Origin: Octopus vulgaris
Lineage: Eukaryota
Length of the DNA: 64,000 bases
NCBI GenBank assembly: GCA_951406725.2
Contig: OX597838.1
Span: forward strand, 620,001 to 684,000
Direction: 5' to 3'
This document shows positions 27,151 through 42,046 of the stretch, in pieces. The position numbers and the translations under genes are program-made. The notes beneath the pieces were generated by a model that worked only from the letters and a program-made list of their open reading frames with translations, was not told the DNA's origin and made no database searches. Position 1 is the stretch's first letter. The number at the start of each line of letters is the position of its first letter.

Positions 27151-28010
27151 ACCAATTCACAATGGAACGCACGCCTCTTGGCAAAAAAATAAAATATAAA
27201 ATAAACGTAAATTTTTGTTTTTAACTATATTTCAGGAAGCGACATCATAATAATTAAATTACAACGTTACATGTCTTTCTATATGATCCATTTATTCTTA
27301 CCTAAACTATCAGAAGTTAACTGTATTTGGTAGTATTACATTTCCTTATTCAGTACAACTACTGGACACGATTTTGACGATACCAAATGGTAAATGTTAG
27401 CACAATTAACTTGTTGTTCGTTAGTTGGCGCTGAAAGTATTTATGTGTTTTATTACTTAAGCCAGGAACTAGAGCTGCAATCGCCTATTTTTTTTAATCA
27501 GTTGTATATTTAGCAGTGTAGAATCATGATATGTTAAAATTAGTTAGCCACCTTACAGTGGCCAGCCTAAATAAAGACACTCTTCAAAATGGGCTCCTAG
27601 TTGGCGGGTTATCCATAAGTAGACCCTTTTAAAATTATTATCTCATTTTGAGGCCAGTTTTATATAAAATGGAAAGAAGAAGCGGCAGTGAGAAGGGTTT
27701 TCAATGACAAACAAACATGAAAAGTCAAAAATTACACTCATTTTCTTCGGTTTCAATTCCTCTTTTGTGAGTCAAATCGTCTGATTTTTTGAGTGCATTT
27801 CTTTTTTTTTTCTGCTTATTTTTACCATTTATTTTAATCTTATTATTTTTTTTATTCTAAAAATTTATTCATTAAATTTATTTCATTTTTTTTACTATTT
27901 ATTTTATTCTAGTTATTTTTATTTAGTTATTTTTATTCTTATTTGTAGAATCTAGTTTAAGGGTTTATACACCAATTAATATTAATTATCACTTAATATT
28001 AATATTTAAG

Positions 28011-28334
28011 GGCGGCGAGTTGGCAGAAACGTTAGCATGCCGGGCGAAATGCCTAACTGTATTTCGGCTGCCGTTACGTTCTGAGTTCAAATTCCGCCGA
28101 GGTCGACTTTGCCTTTTATCCTTTCAGGGTCGATAAATTAAGTACCAGTTACGCACTGGAGTCGATATAATCGACTTAATCCGTTTGTCTGTCCTTGTTT
28201 GTCCTCTCTGTGTTTAGCCTCTTGTGGGTAGTAAAGAAATAGGTATTTCGTCTGTCTTTACGTTCTGAGTTCAAATTCCGCCGAGGTCGACTTTGCCTTT
28301 CATCCTTTCGGGCGGAATTTGAACTCAGAACGTA
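28011..28334 (+). mobile_element. SINE family B: full copy plus partial tandem copy plus inverted fragment
   Basis: GGCGGCGAGTTGGCAGAAACGTTAGC (A-box-like), GAGTTCAAATTCC (B-box-like), GCCTTTTATCCTTTCAGGGTCGATAAATTAAGTACC core. Core repeated at 28241-28310 and inverted at 28311-28334. Confidence 0.9.
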
Positions 28335-29161
28335 TCGGCAGATCGTGCTAAAATAGAGAAGCTACCAGTTATGACGTCAAGCTTGAAGTTAAACTGAAAG
28401 GAGAGATATGCACTTGAACTCGAGGACGGCCTTCTCACAAGTCACGTGATATTATTGTGGTGATGGTGTCTGATAATGGTCTAACTTCATTAAAACATCG
28501 TCACGTCTCTAGAAAAGACACACACAAACGCAGAATACACACACACACACACACACACAAACACATATATACATACACACACATATATATATGTATATAT
28601 ACATATACATACATACACATATATATGCATACATATATGTATACACACATACATAAGCACACATTTTATATATTTATATATATCTACATACAAACATGCA
28701 TAATGATAACTGCATCCATCCATCCATCCATCCATACATACATTCATACATACACACATGTTTATATACTTGTGCGTATGCGTGTATATAAACCTACATA
28801 GATAATCATGTACGCACACACACACAAACACACACAAACACACACGCACACAAACACACACGCGCATGTATATATATATACACACACAAATATCAACACT
28901 CTCACGAACACGCACGTGTATTTATGGAGTTTTGTATCAATTATGATGTAAAGGACGGAGAAGGACGGGGAGTAGTGGAGGGGAGAGGAGGGGAGACTGT
29001 GAGGAAAGGGAAAGAGGGAGGATGAGGAAGATAGAAATGAATAGAAAGAGAGTTGGTGGGAGAGAGGGGGGAAAGGAGATGGAAAAGAAGAAAGCAAGAG
29101 GGTGAGAGAGAGAGAGACTCCAAAGAGAGAGTGAATGGGGCTAGCAAGAATAGGGATTTTC

Positions 29162-29287
<126 letters not shown>

Positions 29288-29756
29288 GTCTATCTACCTA
29301 CCTACATCAGTATGGTTACTTCTTTAAAAATCCATCCTTTACTTATCCTCATCAGTCTATTTCGCAACATATCTATTTATCTATCCATCTACACAGCTCT
29401 ATTTCTCTCTCTCTCTCTCTCCCCCTCTCTCTCTGCTCCACCCCTAATCAGTTAGATTAGATGCAGATATAAAGTGTCTTTTGTTCGGTCATTTTTGTAA
29501 TTATCTCTCGTCTCAGCTGGATTAGGGGACTCCATAATATGTGAGAAAAGAGGGTCTAGCTCATCCCTAGGGATCAGTCAACGTCAACAATTGTCTTCTG
29601 CAAGAGGGGAATGTTTGTTTCTGGCACGTTTCCAATACAATAGGGAGCTTGAAGAGTGATGCCGGACATGGCGCAGTATTATGTACAACTGCTGTGGCTG
29701 CGCATGTGTGTACATAGCACGTGTACATGCAATATACACATAAAGTACATAACTTC

Positions 29757-29793
<37 letters not shown>

Positions 29794-29798
29794 CCTAA

Positions 29799-29935
<137 letters not shown>

Positions 29936-31379
29936 ACATATATATATATATATATATATATACATACACGCACACACGCACAAGCACGTTAACATACATA
30001 TATACACATTGAGACACGAATATGCATATGCGTGTGCATACACCCCATATGTATATACATATACATACATACGTATGGATGTACCTGCAAGGAAAGCTTA
30101 GTGTAGTCGTCTTATTTTCGACACATATGCGAGCATCATACAGATATACACACAGGCGCACGTACACGCATACATACGTATGTGTTTATATATGTGTGTG
30201 TATGTGTAAGTGTGTGTGTGCGTGCGTGTGTTTGTGTGTGTGTGGCTTCGTTTATATATGAGTTGGTACACCGATTATTCCCTCATATCTAATGGTTTTG
30301 TGCGGTCAGTGTTAATCGACTGTACACCTTAGTGGGTCTGAAATAACAGAGCCGCAGTCGCTGTATTTCACGGGACTGGATGCTTTTTGCTTGGTCGTGT
30401 GATTAGCTGTTAGTTTTGTCGATGGCATTCTTTTGGACGGGTAGCAATACACAGTTTTGCTTTAGAGTTAATCTTGTGAAAGGCTGTGTGGCCGGTGGCG
30501 TGGATTCACAAGTGGTTGTACACGTGTTTGCCCGTGTGTGTGTGTGTGTGTGATAACATTTATTGTTTTCGTCTAGTCAATAGGGATGAGCAGAAACTTT
30601 GATACATGGCGGCAAGCTGAGATAAGATCGAACGTTTCGCCTCGGACTGGGGCTGAGTGATGGACAACGTTGAGTTTCTTATGAGTCGGAAGTCTATATG
30701 ATTGTCCATGGGATGCATTGCTTATTTCATCATTATCTATTATTGAAATGAGTTTGGAAAGGGCTGTGAATTTTTCCAGATGCTAGAGGTGAATGAGCTG
30801 AGGCATTGCGGCAAGGGACTTACGAATACAACTTTTCATAGTCTCACATGACCAGTTGTTGGAGGACACATAAGCGCAATAGTCTGTTCTTCTTTCAAGG
30901 CATTTAACTTTTAAGAGGGAACCCGCCATACTACGACGGTCGCAGGTAACTTCGCAATTCTGCTGGTGGTGTTACCGTAGAATACATGAGTTATGGCTCC
31001 TCACGATGCTAGACACCTTTTTCATTGAGCTTCTTCAATTCAGTTTATCTTTTATGAATTTCGAGTTGAATAATTGGTGACCGGGTGTCCATTCATGTGG
31101 GGTTTACTGATGAGTATGTGTTAGAGGAAATTCTTTGGAAAAAAGTTTTTAGGTTGATGATCTGTGGTGGGACATACCGTATGACATTCTTCTTTGATGA
31201 GCCAGTGGAGCGGTTGTTCTTGTCTTCGGTGTGTGTTTGAATTTCCTTGGATATTCAGTGCTTTGCAGTGCCCCACCGTGGGATCTTGAGGTGTTAGTGA
31301 ACGGAAACTACTTAAAGGTGTGTGCGCACATGTTTATGTGCACGTGTGTGTTTATCTGCATTCATAATATATCACTATA

Positions 31380-31440
<61 letters not shown>

Positions 31441-31629
31441 TGCGTTTTCAGTTTGATAAATATTTTGGCTGAAACTCAAGTTTTGGAATCACTCCTGTAG
31501 CATTCTACTGTATGAAAAGAGGTCTGTGATTGAGTCATAAGTATAAAACAACATGGTCACACACACGCACACACACACACACGCTCCCCCCCACACACAC
31601 ACATAGTGGTATAACATGCATATAATACA

Positions 31630-31725
31630 ATTTACTGAACCTTCAGATTTTTATATGCTTGACCACTGGTGTGAAATTGATGTTAATTAAACTAATATCC
31701 AATTTCTCACCCTCGTTTTAAATTT
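31630..31725 (+). repeat. Dispersed ~100 bp repeat F (second copy at 63856-63945)
   Basis: TTACTGAA...CCACT(T)GGTGT...AATTG.TGTTA.T.AA.TAATATCCAATTT.TCACCCT present at both sites. Confidence 0.6.
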
Positions 31726-32354
31726 ATATATATATATATATATATATAGATAGATAGATATATGTATACACACACCAACATACATATACTCATGCACAGC
31801 ATGCACACACAGACATATACACAGGCACATGAGTCTTTTACCGTCGGGTGTTTAATCTTGCTTCTAAAATATATGTTGTTGGTTTATTTTAGCATTGTGA
31901 TATTTCATAAGTGTTGTCCCATCTCTAGTCACCAGTTGCTCCACCATTAATCACTGTTGCTCCATCATTAGTCATCTGTTATTTTATCATTAATCATCTG
32001 TTTTTTGCGTGGAATCTACTTGACTATAGACGTGTTGTTCACTAAAGATTTTTCCCATCCGTTTTCCTTGTATTTTGTTGCATTACATCGCAATTGCTGT
32101 TTGTTATAAGTGCATAGTGAGTTGGCGTGGTAGTGTCATATATGTATGACCAATATAACAGATATCCACACAAAAACGAGAGATTAATAAGGTATGCATT
32201 AATCATAAAATATAAATTATATACAAAGACACCATTTAGCTTAGACACAGAAATAAACACCTTATTGATGTATATGTTTAATAGTCAAATTCCGATGCTA
32301 TTACGCTTACATATATGTATTTGTGTGACTGTGTGCGTGTGTGTACCCTTACTC

Positions 32355-32389
<35 letters not shown>

Positions 32390-32449
32390 TGTGTGTGTGT
32401 GTGTATCTCTAAATATATATATATATATACATTCTTTTATTCTTTTATT

Positions 32450-32829
32450 TTTTTACTTGCTTCAGTTATTTGCCTACGGCCTTGCTTCAGCCTTTAGTCG
32501 AACAAATCGATCTCAGAACTTATTCTTTGTAAGCCTAGCACTTATTCTATCGGTCTCTTTTGCCGAAATGGTAATTTGCGAGGACATAAACACACCAACA
32601 AGTGATGGTAGAAGCACAAACACAGACACACACACGCACACACACACATATATATATATACACGACGGTCTTCTTTCAGTTTCTCTCTACCAAATTCACT
32701 CACAAGGCTTTGGTCGACCCGAGGCTATAATAGAAGACACTTGTCCAAGGTGCTATGCAGTGGTACTCAACCAGGAACCATGTGGTTGGTAAGCAAGCTG
32801 CTTACCACACAATCACCCCTGCACACACA

Positions 32830-32870
<41 letters not shown>

Positions 32871-33035
32871 ACACACATATATATATATGTATATATATAT
32901 GTATATATATACATTATACATAGACACACACGACCAGCGTCTTTCAGTTTCTGTCAACCAAATCCACCTACAAGGCTTTGGATTGAACCCGGGACCATGT
33001 GATTGGGAAGCAAGGTTCTTACCACACGGCTGTAT
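32450..33035 (-). mobile_element. SINE family A: one near-full copy plus one internally deleted head
   Basis: CTTCTTTCAGTTTC...CACTCACAAGGCTTTGGTCGACCCGAGGCTATAATAGAAGACACTTGTCCAAGGTGC...CTTACCACAC; partial repeat at 32928-33035. Confidence 0.85.
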
Positions 33036-34181
33036 TTCTGCATGAATGTATATATAACATTTGTTGAAATGTGGGTGAAAAAGGACTCAATACATAAAGC
33101 ATGCGCACAAAATATTTTCCTAGTTTGCCCCAGGAATGTCTCACGAGCCTAGAGTTTTGTGGTAAGTCATTTTTTAATATTTTTAAGTGTGTACATGTGT
33201 GTGTGCATGCGCACACGTGTGCATGTGTGAACGTCCGTGAGTCTGAACGTGTGTCAGTTTGTGTACGTATATATATGTATGTGTGTGTGTGTCTGTGTGT
33301 GTGCATGTATGTATGTTGATGCTTTATTCTATGTATAAATACACGTAGAAATCCTTAAGCCCCCACACCAACCCACTGCCACGCATGCGCATATGTCTGT
33401 GTGTAGTTCAATGCAGCTTGCTATGATGCGCGCCTGCGTGCTGGTCTGCTTGTTATTTAGTGTGTTTATGCGCGCGCGTGCATGTGTGTGTGCGCGTTTG
33501 TATGTACGTGTGTTCGCCAAGTAAAATCGATCAATGACGGAATTGGGCGTAAATGTCGGCCATTTTCTTGTGCAGCCAGCCAGCCAACAAACCAACCAAC
33601 CAGTAAACATTAAAAATAAAAATAAAAAAGTCAATAAACCCGCCATATTGAAGTGGGATGAACCCGGTTGTGGGACGTCCCATTTGTCCAGTGTGTGTCT
33701 CACCCTTGCCATCCACCCCACAAAGCTAAATATTCTATTAACATTATTCCACATCCGCCACCCTACTCCCCCACACCTTTGCTCTTTTAGCATCAATAAC
33801 ACCGCAATATTGGAGTGGGACGATCCGAGGTTCGCCTTGGGACCAACCCAAAACTTGTAGCTTTATCTGTACCCTACCCCGCACGTCCCTTCCCACCATA
33901 ACCTTCAAAACCCCCTCAACCAAACCCGAACTCACCCTCCCCTATTCCTTGTTATTCCACCACCTGATGCTAACGAATATCTTAAATACCATCAGCATCG
34001 CCATTGCAACCATCACCACAACCATCGCCCCCCCTCCCAACGCAACACCCCGCTTCTTAGTTTCATTACAAAACGAGAGTTAGATAGATAGATAGATAGA
34101 GAGAGGGGGAGAGAAGGAGAGGGAGAGAGAGCAGGAGAAAACTACAGAGGCAGATACATACGGGGGTAGATCTATACATAC

Positions 34182-34214
<33 letters not shown>

Positions 34215-34324
34215 CACACATACATATATTTAATATATATATATATATTATGTATTTATGTATATATATATATGTGTGTGTGTGTGTATTGGAAGGAGAG
34301 AAAGGATAAAAGGCATACACACAC

Positions 34325-34882
34325 ACATGTACATACACACACACACACATGTTCATACACACACACACATGTTCATACACACACACACATGTTCATACAC
34401 ACACACACACATGTTCATACACACACACATGTTCATACACACACACACATGTTCATACACACACACACACATGTTCATACACACACACACATGTTCATAC
34501 ACACACACACACATGTTCATACACACACACATGTTCATACACACACACATGTTCATACACACACACATGTTCATACACACACACACATGTTCATACACAC
34601 ACACATGTTCATACACACACACACATGTTCATACACACACACATGTTCATACACACACACACACATGTTCATACACACACACATGTTCATACACACACAC
34701 ACATGTTCATACACACACACATGTTCATACACACACACACATGTTCATACACACACACATGTTCATACACACACACACACATGTTCATACACACACACAT
34801 GTTCATACACACACACACATGTTCATACACACACACATGTTCATACACACACACACATGTTCATACACACACACACACACAT
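34325..34882. repeat. Compound minisatellite [ATGTTCAT(AC)n], roughly 25-30 units
   Basis: Constant ATGTTCAT core separated by variable-length (AC)n tracts. Confidence 0.97.
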
Positions 34883-35022
34883 TCATAAAGGAAAGAGAGA
34901 AAGAAAATGCGCTTTGTTTCGTCGATCCTCTGCCTTCTCCCCACCAGCATCCGATCCTGCAACTGTCCCTCTTGTCTTTTACTCATACACACAGCTTTAC
35001 TGGCTTGCTTCATGCACGCACT

Positions 35023-35054
<32 letters not shown>

Positions 35055-35705
35055 GATGCGTAGATAGCTATACACACACATATACACGTACATATACAGC
35101 TCATATGCATATATACACACACACACATTCTTCTCTTGTCTTCGTCCACACTTACACGCGCAGAGACGGACTCACACGCGTGCCTAGTCTCTCTCTCTCT
35201 CTCTCTCTCTTCCGCTCTCTCTTTCTCTCTCTCCCCCTTACACACACACACACACACATCATCTAGAGCACTAACTTCCTACTTTGTAAACATCGCTACA
35301 ACCTCCTCCGATCCCCCCCACCACCATTCCGAACACCCCTCTCACCATCCCCTCCAGTTTCCACACTATCGGAATGAATGTGATCTTTGTCCGCCGTGGG
35401 ACCATCCCAAACTTGTAGCATTTTGTTTCCTCTCGCCTCCCCTACCCCGTCCACCACAATTCCTTACTGAACCGCCTCATCCTTTCGATCCGAATATATG
35501 CGCGCGCGCACCATAGACATTATTACACTCACACACACGCACACACACACGCACACACACGCACACACACATTATATATACATATAAAGAGATACAAACA
35601 CATATCTATCTGCATGATAGACAAACAGACGGACGGACGGATGGGTGGATGGGTGAATGGATTAATATACATACATACATATATATATATATATGTATGT
35701 ATGTA

Positions 35706-36071
<366 letters not shown>

Positions 36072-36081
36072 ATAGATATAG

Positions 36082-36178
<97 letters not shown>

Positions 36179-36255
36179 ATTGATTATATATATGGTTAGA
36201 TTATTTATATATATATATATGTATAAAAATACAAACTGGGACAAGAACGCAAAAC

Positions 36256-36311
<56 letters not shown>

Positions 36312-36448
36312 GTATATATATATATGTATGTATATATATATTTTCCTGAGCGCCTATTAATAATAATACTGTAATTGTTCCATTGTTGTTGTTTTTTTGT
36401 TTTCCCGTTTGGATTATTATATTTATATATATATATATTTATATAGAG

Positions 36449-36520
<72 letters not shown>

Positions 36521-36642
36521 GGATGGATGGATGGATGGATATATGGATGGACATATACGCGCGCGCACGTATCCGCATCTGATTACTCTTCTAACAAGCT
36601 ACTTATAGATAGAATATAGCTATTTATATGTAGATAGCTACA

Positions 36643-36710
<68 letters not shown>

Positions 36711-36805
36711 CTATCTCTCTCTCTCTCTCTGTCTCTCTCTATCTATCTATCTATCTATCTATATATCTATCTATCTATCTATCCATCACTTTTTCTCTTT
36801 CAGTA

Positions 36806-36838
<33 letters not shown>

Positions 36839-36873
36839 CGGTGTGTCACATCTGTCTATCTTCCCTGCCAGTC

Positions 36874-36955
36874 TATCTATCAATCTGCCTGTCTTAACTC
36901 TCGGTCTATCTATCAGTCTGCCTGTCTTAACTCTCGGTCTATCCATCAGTCTGTC
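36874..36955. repeat. 33-bp tandem duplication
   Basis: TCTATCTATCA(A/G)TCTGCCTGTCTTAACTCTCGG present about 2.5 times. Confidence 0.85.
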
Positions 36956-37522
36956 TGTCGATATATCAATTCCTTTAATTCCAAGTGATCCCTCATTAGT
37001 CTTTATTATCTTCCTCTTCCTTCTCCTCCAGCTCTCTCCTCAATCACTCACCATCGCCTCCTACTTTCTCTTTCACACTCTCTCTCTCTCCCTTCCTCTT
37101 CCTCCTCACACTCTCTATTCTCGCACTCTCTGTTACTTCTTACTGTCTCCTCCTCATCTGAACCTCCTCTCACTTCCCCTCACTCCTTTCTCCTGACACT
37201 ATACCCTTCGCTCTTCCCCCCACCCCACCCACCTCCCTCTTCGCAAAATATTTGTCATAACAACAACACCAGTTTCGCTTGCTGTTGTCATGGAAACCAG
37301 CTGTCCACGAGGGCGCGGTTTGTGGAAGGGACGGCGGTGTCCGAATGGTTAGGGTAGGAGACAGAATAGTAGAGAGGGGTGGGTACGGCCGGACAACGTG
37401 TGTGTGGGGGGCGAGTGTGTATATGGACATTTGTGTGTAGATGTGTGTACAAATATATAGTTGGGATTGAGTGGTTGTTTATGTGAGTGTGTCTGCGCCT
37501 GTGTGTTCGTATGCATACGTAT

Positions 37523-37820
37523 GAGAGAAAGAGGGAGAGAGGGGAAAGGGAGAGAGAGAGGGAGAGAGGGGAAAGGGAGAGAAAGAGGGAGAGAGGGGAA
37601 AGGGAGAGAAAGAGGGAGAGAAAGAGGGAGAGAGGGGAAAGGGAGAGAAAGAGGGAGAGAAAGAGGGAGAGAGGGGAAAGGGAGAGAAAGAGGGAGAGAA
37701 AGAGGGAGAGAAAGAGGGAGAGAAAGAGGGAGAGAAAGAGGGAGAGAGGGGAAAGGGAGAGAAAGAGGGAGAGAGAGAGGGAGAGAGGGGAAAGGGAGAG
37801 AAAGAGGGAGAGAGAGAGAG
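37523..37820. repeat. Pure-purine compound tandem repeat (GAGAGAAAGAGG / GAGAGAGGGGAAAGG units)
   Basis: About 300 nt containing only A and G on the plus strand. Confidence 0.95.
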
Positions 37821-37866
37821 CATTTGTGCTTTTGTGCATGTAAAAGCGAATGTGAGTGTTCATATA

Positions 37867-37922
<56 letters not shown>

Positions 37923-38119
37923 CGCATGTGTTTCGAAGCACAGCCACAAATATATGCAGGCTTCACTGTGTGATTAGGACACTCGCTCTGGCTGCTCAGG
38001 GTTCGATTCCAGAGCTCGTTTCTTCGTTCCTCTTTCCTTAGGTTGACCAATCCATTGTGCTTGGCATCATTTAATTGCCAGAAAACTGTGAAGAAGCCCG
38101 TCTCATATAAATGTATATC

Positions 38120-38415
38120 TTTTATCGTTTACTGTGGCTATACTGGGGCGCCGCTTTGAATTTATAGTGCTTCTTTCTTTTTGAAGCCTGGCACTTATTC
38201 AATTGATTTCTTTTGCCGAACGCTAAGTTACGGGGATGCAAACACACCAACACCGGTTGTCAGACGGGATTCTTGCAGCTTCCGTCGACCAAATCTACAC
38301 ACAAAGCTTTGGTCGGCCTGAAGCTCTAGTAGGAAATACTTGCCCAAGTGCCACATAGTAGGACTGAATCTGGAACCATGGGATTGCGAAGCATGCTTCT
38401 CACTACACAGCCAAC
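38120..38415 (-). mobile_element. SINE family A copy
   Basis: AAGCCTGGCACTTATTC...GCTAAGTTACGGGGA...AAAGCTTTGGTCGGCC...CTTGCCCAAGTGCCAC...CACTACACAGCC. Confidence 0.8.
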
Positions 38416-38669
38416 GTGCATGTGTGTATGTGTGTGTGTTCGCGCGTGTACACACATACACATGTTGAAAAATGATGAGCTAACCTCAGGCTGAATCGAA
38501 CTCACAACTCGACGCTTACACGGCTCCTTGCGAATCTGATTGGCCAAACGCTCACTCATCAATTTCAGTCAGATTTAGTTAATATATACTTAAACTGTCT
38601 TAATACTACATAAATAATATTTTTATAAACAAACCCGAGAGAGAGGGGGGTGGAGAAAGATTAAGGTAG

Positions 38670-38753
<84 letters not shown>

Positions 38754-40060
38754 ACACTAAATTCAAAAGCGAGGCGGCAGAGTGATCGAATGTTTATTTA
38801 GAGAGGAATACTTAGAAATTCGTTTTTGTTTCTTAAAAAGAATCCATCAAAGATTTTAAAAAAAGTTGTTTTCTGTGTTTTTAGAAAAGTCAACGGAAAG
38901 AAAATGGAAAAGTAATATTTCATTTCGGATGGTGGTCATTTTTTTTGCTTTTTATCAAATAAACACTCGCATTATATGTTCCTTCTTCACTTCAGCATTA
39001 TTATTGTTTTTATTTTAGTGCTCTTTGTCTAAAATATTTCTTCACACACCCTGTAGCCTCTTCAGTAACTCTGCATCCCACGCTAATCTTCTTGTTCTAG
39101 GTAGTCCATTCTGTCTTTCTATGAAAGGTGAGAAACGGGTGGAGTAAGGTGCAAAACCCGAACTTATGGATTAGGATAAAACCATGTAACTACAGTGATG
39201 CGGAGAGTTAAATAGTATTTATAAAAATTAATAAATACAGAATTGGTTGATTAATCATTGAAAAGGGAGATAACATAGTTTCTTTTCATAGAAAATGTTG
39301 GTGATTCTAAGGTTGAAAGCGTTAGGCTATATTATATACATTTAAAGGTTCAAGTTTACTGTTTGAATAATGTATAAACTGGTCACAATAAGAGATAGAA
39401 CTATTAATTACATAGTAAGAAAGCAGTAATTTATCATGGCTGAAGTAGAAAAAAAAAAGAAATCAATACAGAAGTCCATGAATGAGGTGCAGGACAGTAC
39501 TTTTGTATAACATTAAAGAAATTCTTTTGGTAACAGAAAATAAGTGGAGGGTGGGATCAGATTAAAGTGACTTCGGTCTTTAGTGACATTTATAGGGAAG
39601 GAAACAAAAGCAAGCGTTTTGCCTTCCTTTTCTTCCTCGCTCTATTCCAGATTATTCTGCTAACCACAGTAAATTTTAAGAAAAGTTATTACCTACAAGA
39701 CATTTTCTCGCTATTGGCAATGATGTGGTTAATGTCTACAGTTTTATTATCAAAAGACGCTTTCTATTTTGCTTTGTATGGAGAAGGTACTTAGGGTGGG
39801 ATGGAGTGGGGGTAGTTTCTATCGAATAGATAGCATAGAGATAACCTTCAAGATATGTGTATATGCATGTCTATTTCATTAAAAATTTCTTGATTTAATT
39901 TTAATTTCTCAAGCTTTTTAAAATCTTTTAAACTCAATTGTTTCGATAATAATTTGCTAATTAATTATTTTTTCTTTTAACTCTTCTTCCCACATTTCCA
40001 CACACCACCCCCACGGACGACACACTGGCCACTTTTGCACTCTTCTGCTTTCAAAACTTC

Positions 40061-40202
<142 letters not shown>

Positions 40203-40377
40203 GTTGTCCGGATTCGGGTAAAAATGATTTATTTTGTGCGTTTGTCCCTTTCAGAGATTCATTATGATGAATCCTCGAAAAGGACAAAAGTGCAAAAAGA
40301 AAAAAGAAAAAAAAAAGAGAATTGTTTTTATCTAAATCCTGACAATCTTCTTTTTCTTAACATGAAGAAATCTATGA

Positions 40378-40605
40378 GGTGGGGAGCTGGCAGAATCGTC
40401 AGCACGCAACCGGACAAAATGCTTAGAAGTATTTCTTCCGTCTTCACATTCTGAGCTCAAAATTCTACCGAGAACGATTCTACCTTTCATCCTGTCTGGG
40501 TCAATAAAATAATTACCTGTTGATAACTGGAGTCGATGTAATCGAGCTACCTCACCCACACACACCATCACGAACATTGCTGGCCTTGTACCAAAATTTG
40601 AAATC
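40378..40605 (+). mobile_element. SINE family B copy, diverged
   Basis: GGTGGGGAGCTGGCAGAATCGTCAGCAC...TTCTGAGCTCAAAATTC...CCTTTCATCCTGTCTGGGTCAATAAAAT. Confidence 0.8.
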
Positions 40606-40693
40606 AATATATAAAACATATACACACATACATACACATACAAACACATACATACACATACAAACACATACATATATATATATATGTATGTAT

Positions 40694-40756
<63 letters not shown>

Positions 40757-41325
40757 TGTTTCTTTATTAGCCACACAGGGCTGCACACAGATAGATAGAT
40801 AGATAGATGCGTGTGTGTATGTATGCTTATATATCTGTGTATGCGTGTATATATATACATGCATGCATGTATAAATGTACGTTTTCTCTTCCTTACTGGA
40901 ATTGTAGAGTTTGTTTTGAACAACCACCTGCTGAGTGTTGGAAGGATAAAACAAGAGAGATCAGCTGAAGAATCGTCACCCGCAGACGTTGGCAGGGAGA
41001 CAATTCTTCAGGTGGCAGCACTTAGGCGAAGTGAGGTGGTGGTGCTGAGCAATCTTGAGATGGGGGTCGGAATGAGATGAAAGTAATGACACACATTTCA
41101 CTGACACATCACCACCGCTTGCACCACCATCTATGTATATATGTGTGTATATGTAAGTGTGTGCGCATAGATACATGTATGTCTCTATACACTCACGCAT
41201 ACGCCTCTATGAATAAACTAGACATCAGTGTGTATATGTTTATATATGTATGTCTTTACTATGTATGTGCATATATATGTGTGTGTGTTTCTTATACACA
41301 GTTAGAAAATATGCAGTACGTATGG

Positions 41326-41382
<57 letters not shown>

Positions 41383-41546
41383 GTTAGCTTTATCCTCTTA
41401 ATATTCTTGCCCATTTTTTTTTACTCTTTTCTGATATTTGTCGGTATTTCTGGTGACTAACAATTCCAATCCTAAACACGGCACGTGACCACACTACATT
41501 TACTTAAGAGGCAAAAGTAGAAGCGAATGAAGTGATGTCTACTTAC

Positions 41547-41588
<42 letters not shown>

Positions 41589-41605
41589 GTCTGTCTGTCT
41601 ATCTA

Positions 41606-41760
<155 letters not shown>

Positions 41761-41781
41761 GTCTGTCTGTCTGTCTATCTA

Positions 41782-41857
<76 letters not shown>

Positions 41858-42046
41858 GTTAATTAGCTAGCTATTTGAATCTGTGTATGTACGCGCGTGT
41901 ACACACACACATATATACATGTCTGTGTGTGTCTGTGTATGTGTGTGTGCGAGTCTATGTGTATGTATGTGTATATTATATACACATATTATACGTAAGT
42001 ACATACATATATATGTACACACACACATATATATACATACATATAA

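Noticed and set aside
34325-34882. CRISPR-like regularly spaced repeat
   Set aside because: Spacers are only (AC)n, the context is eukaryotic, and there are no cas genes.
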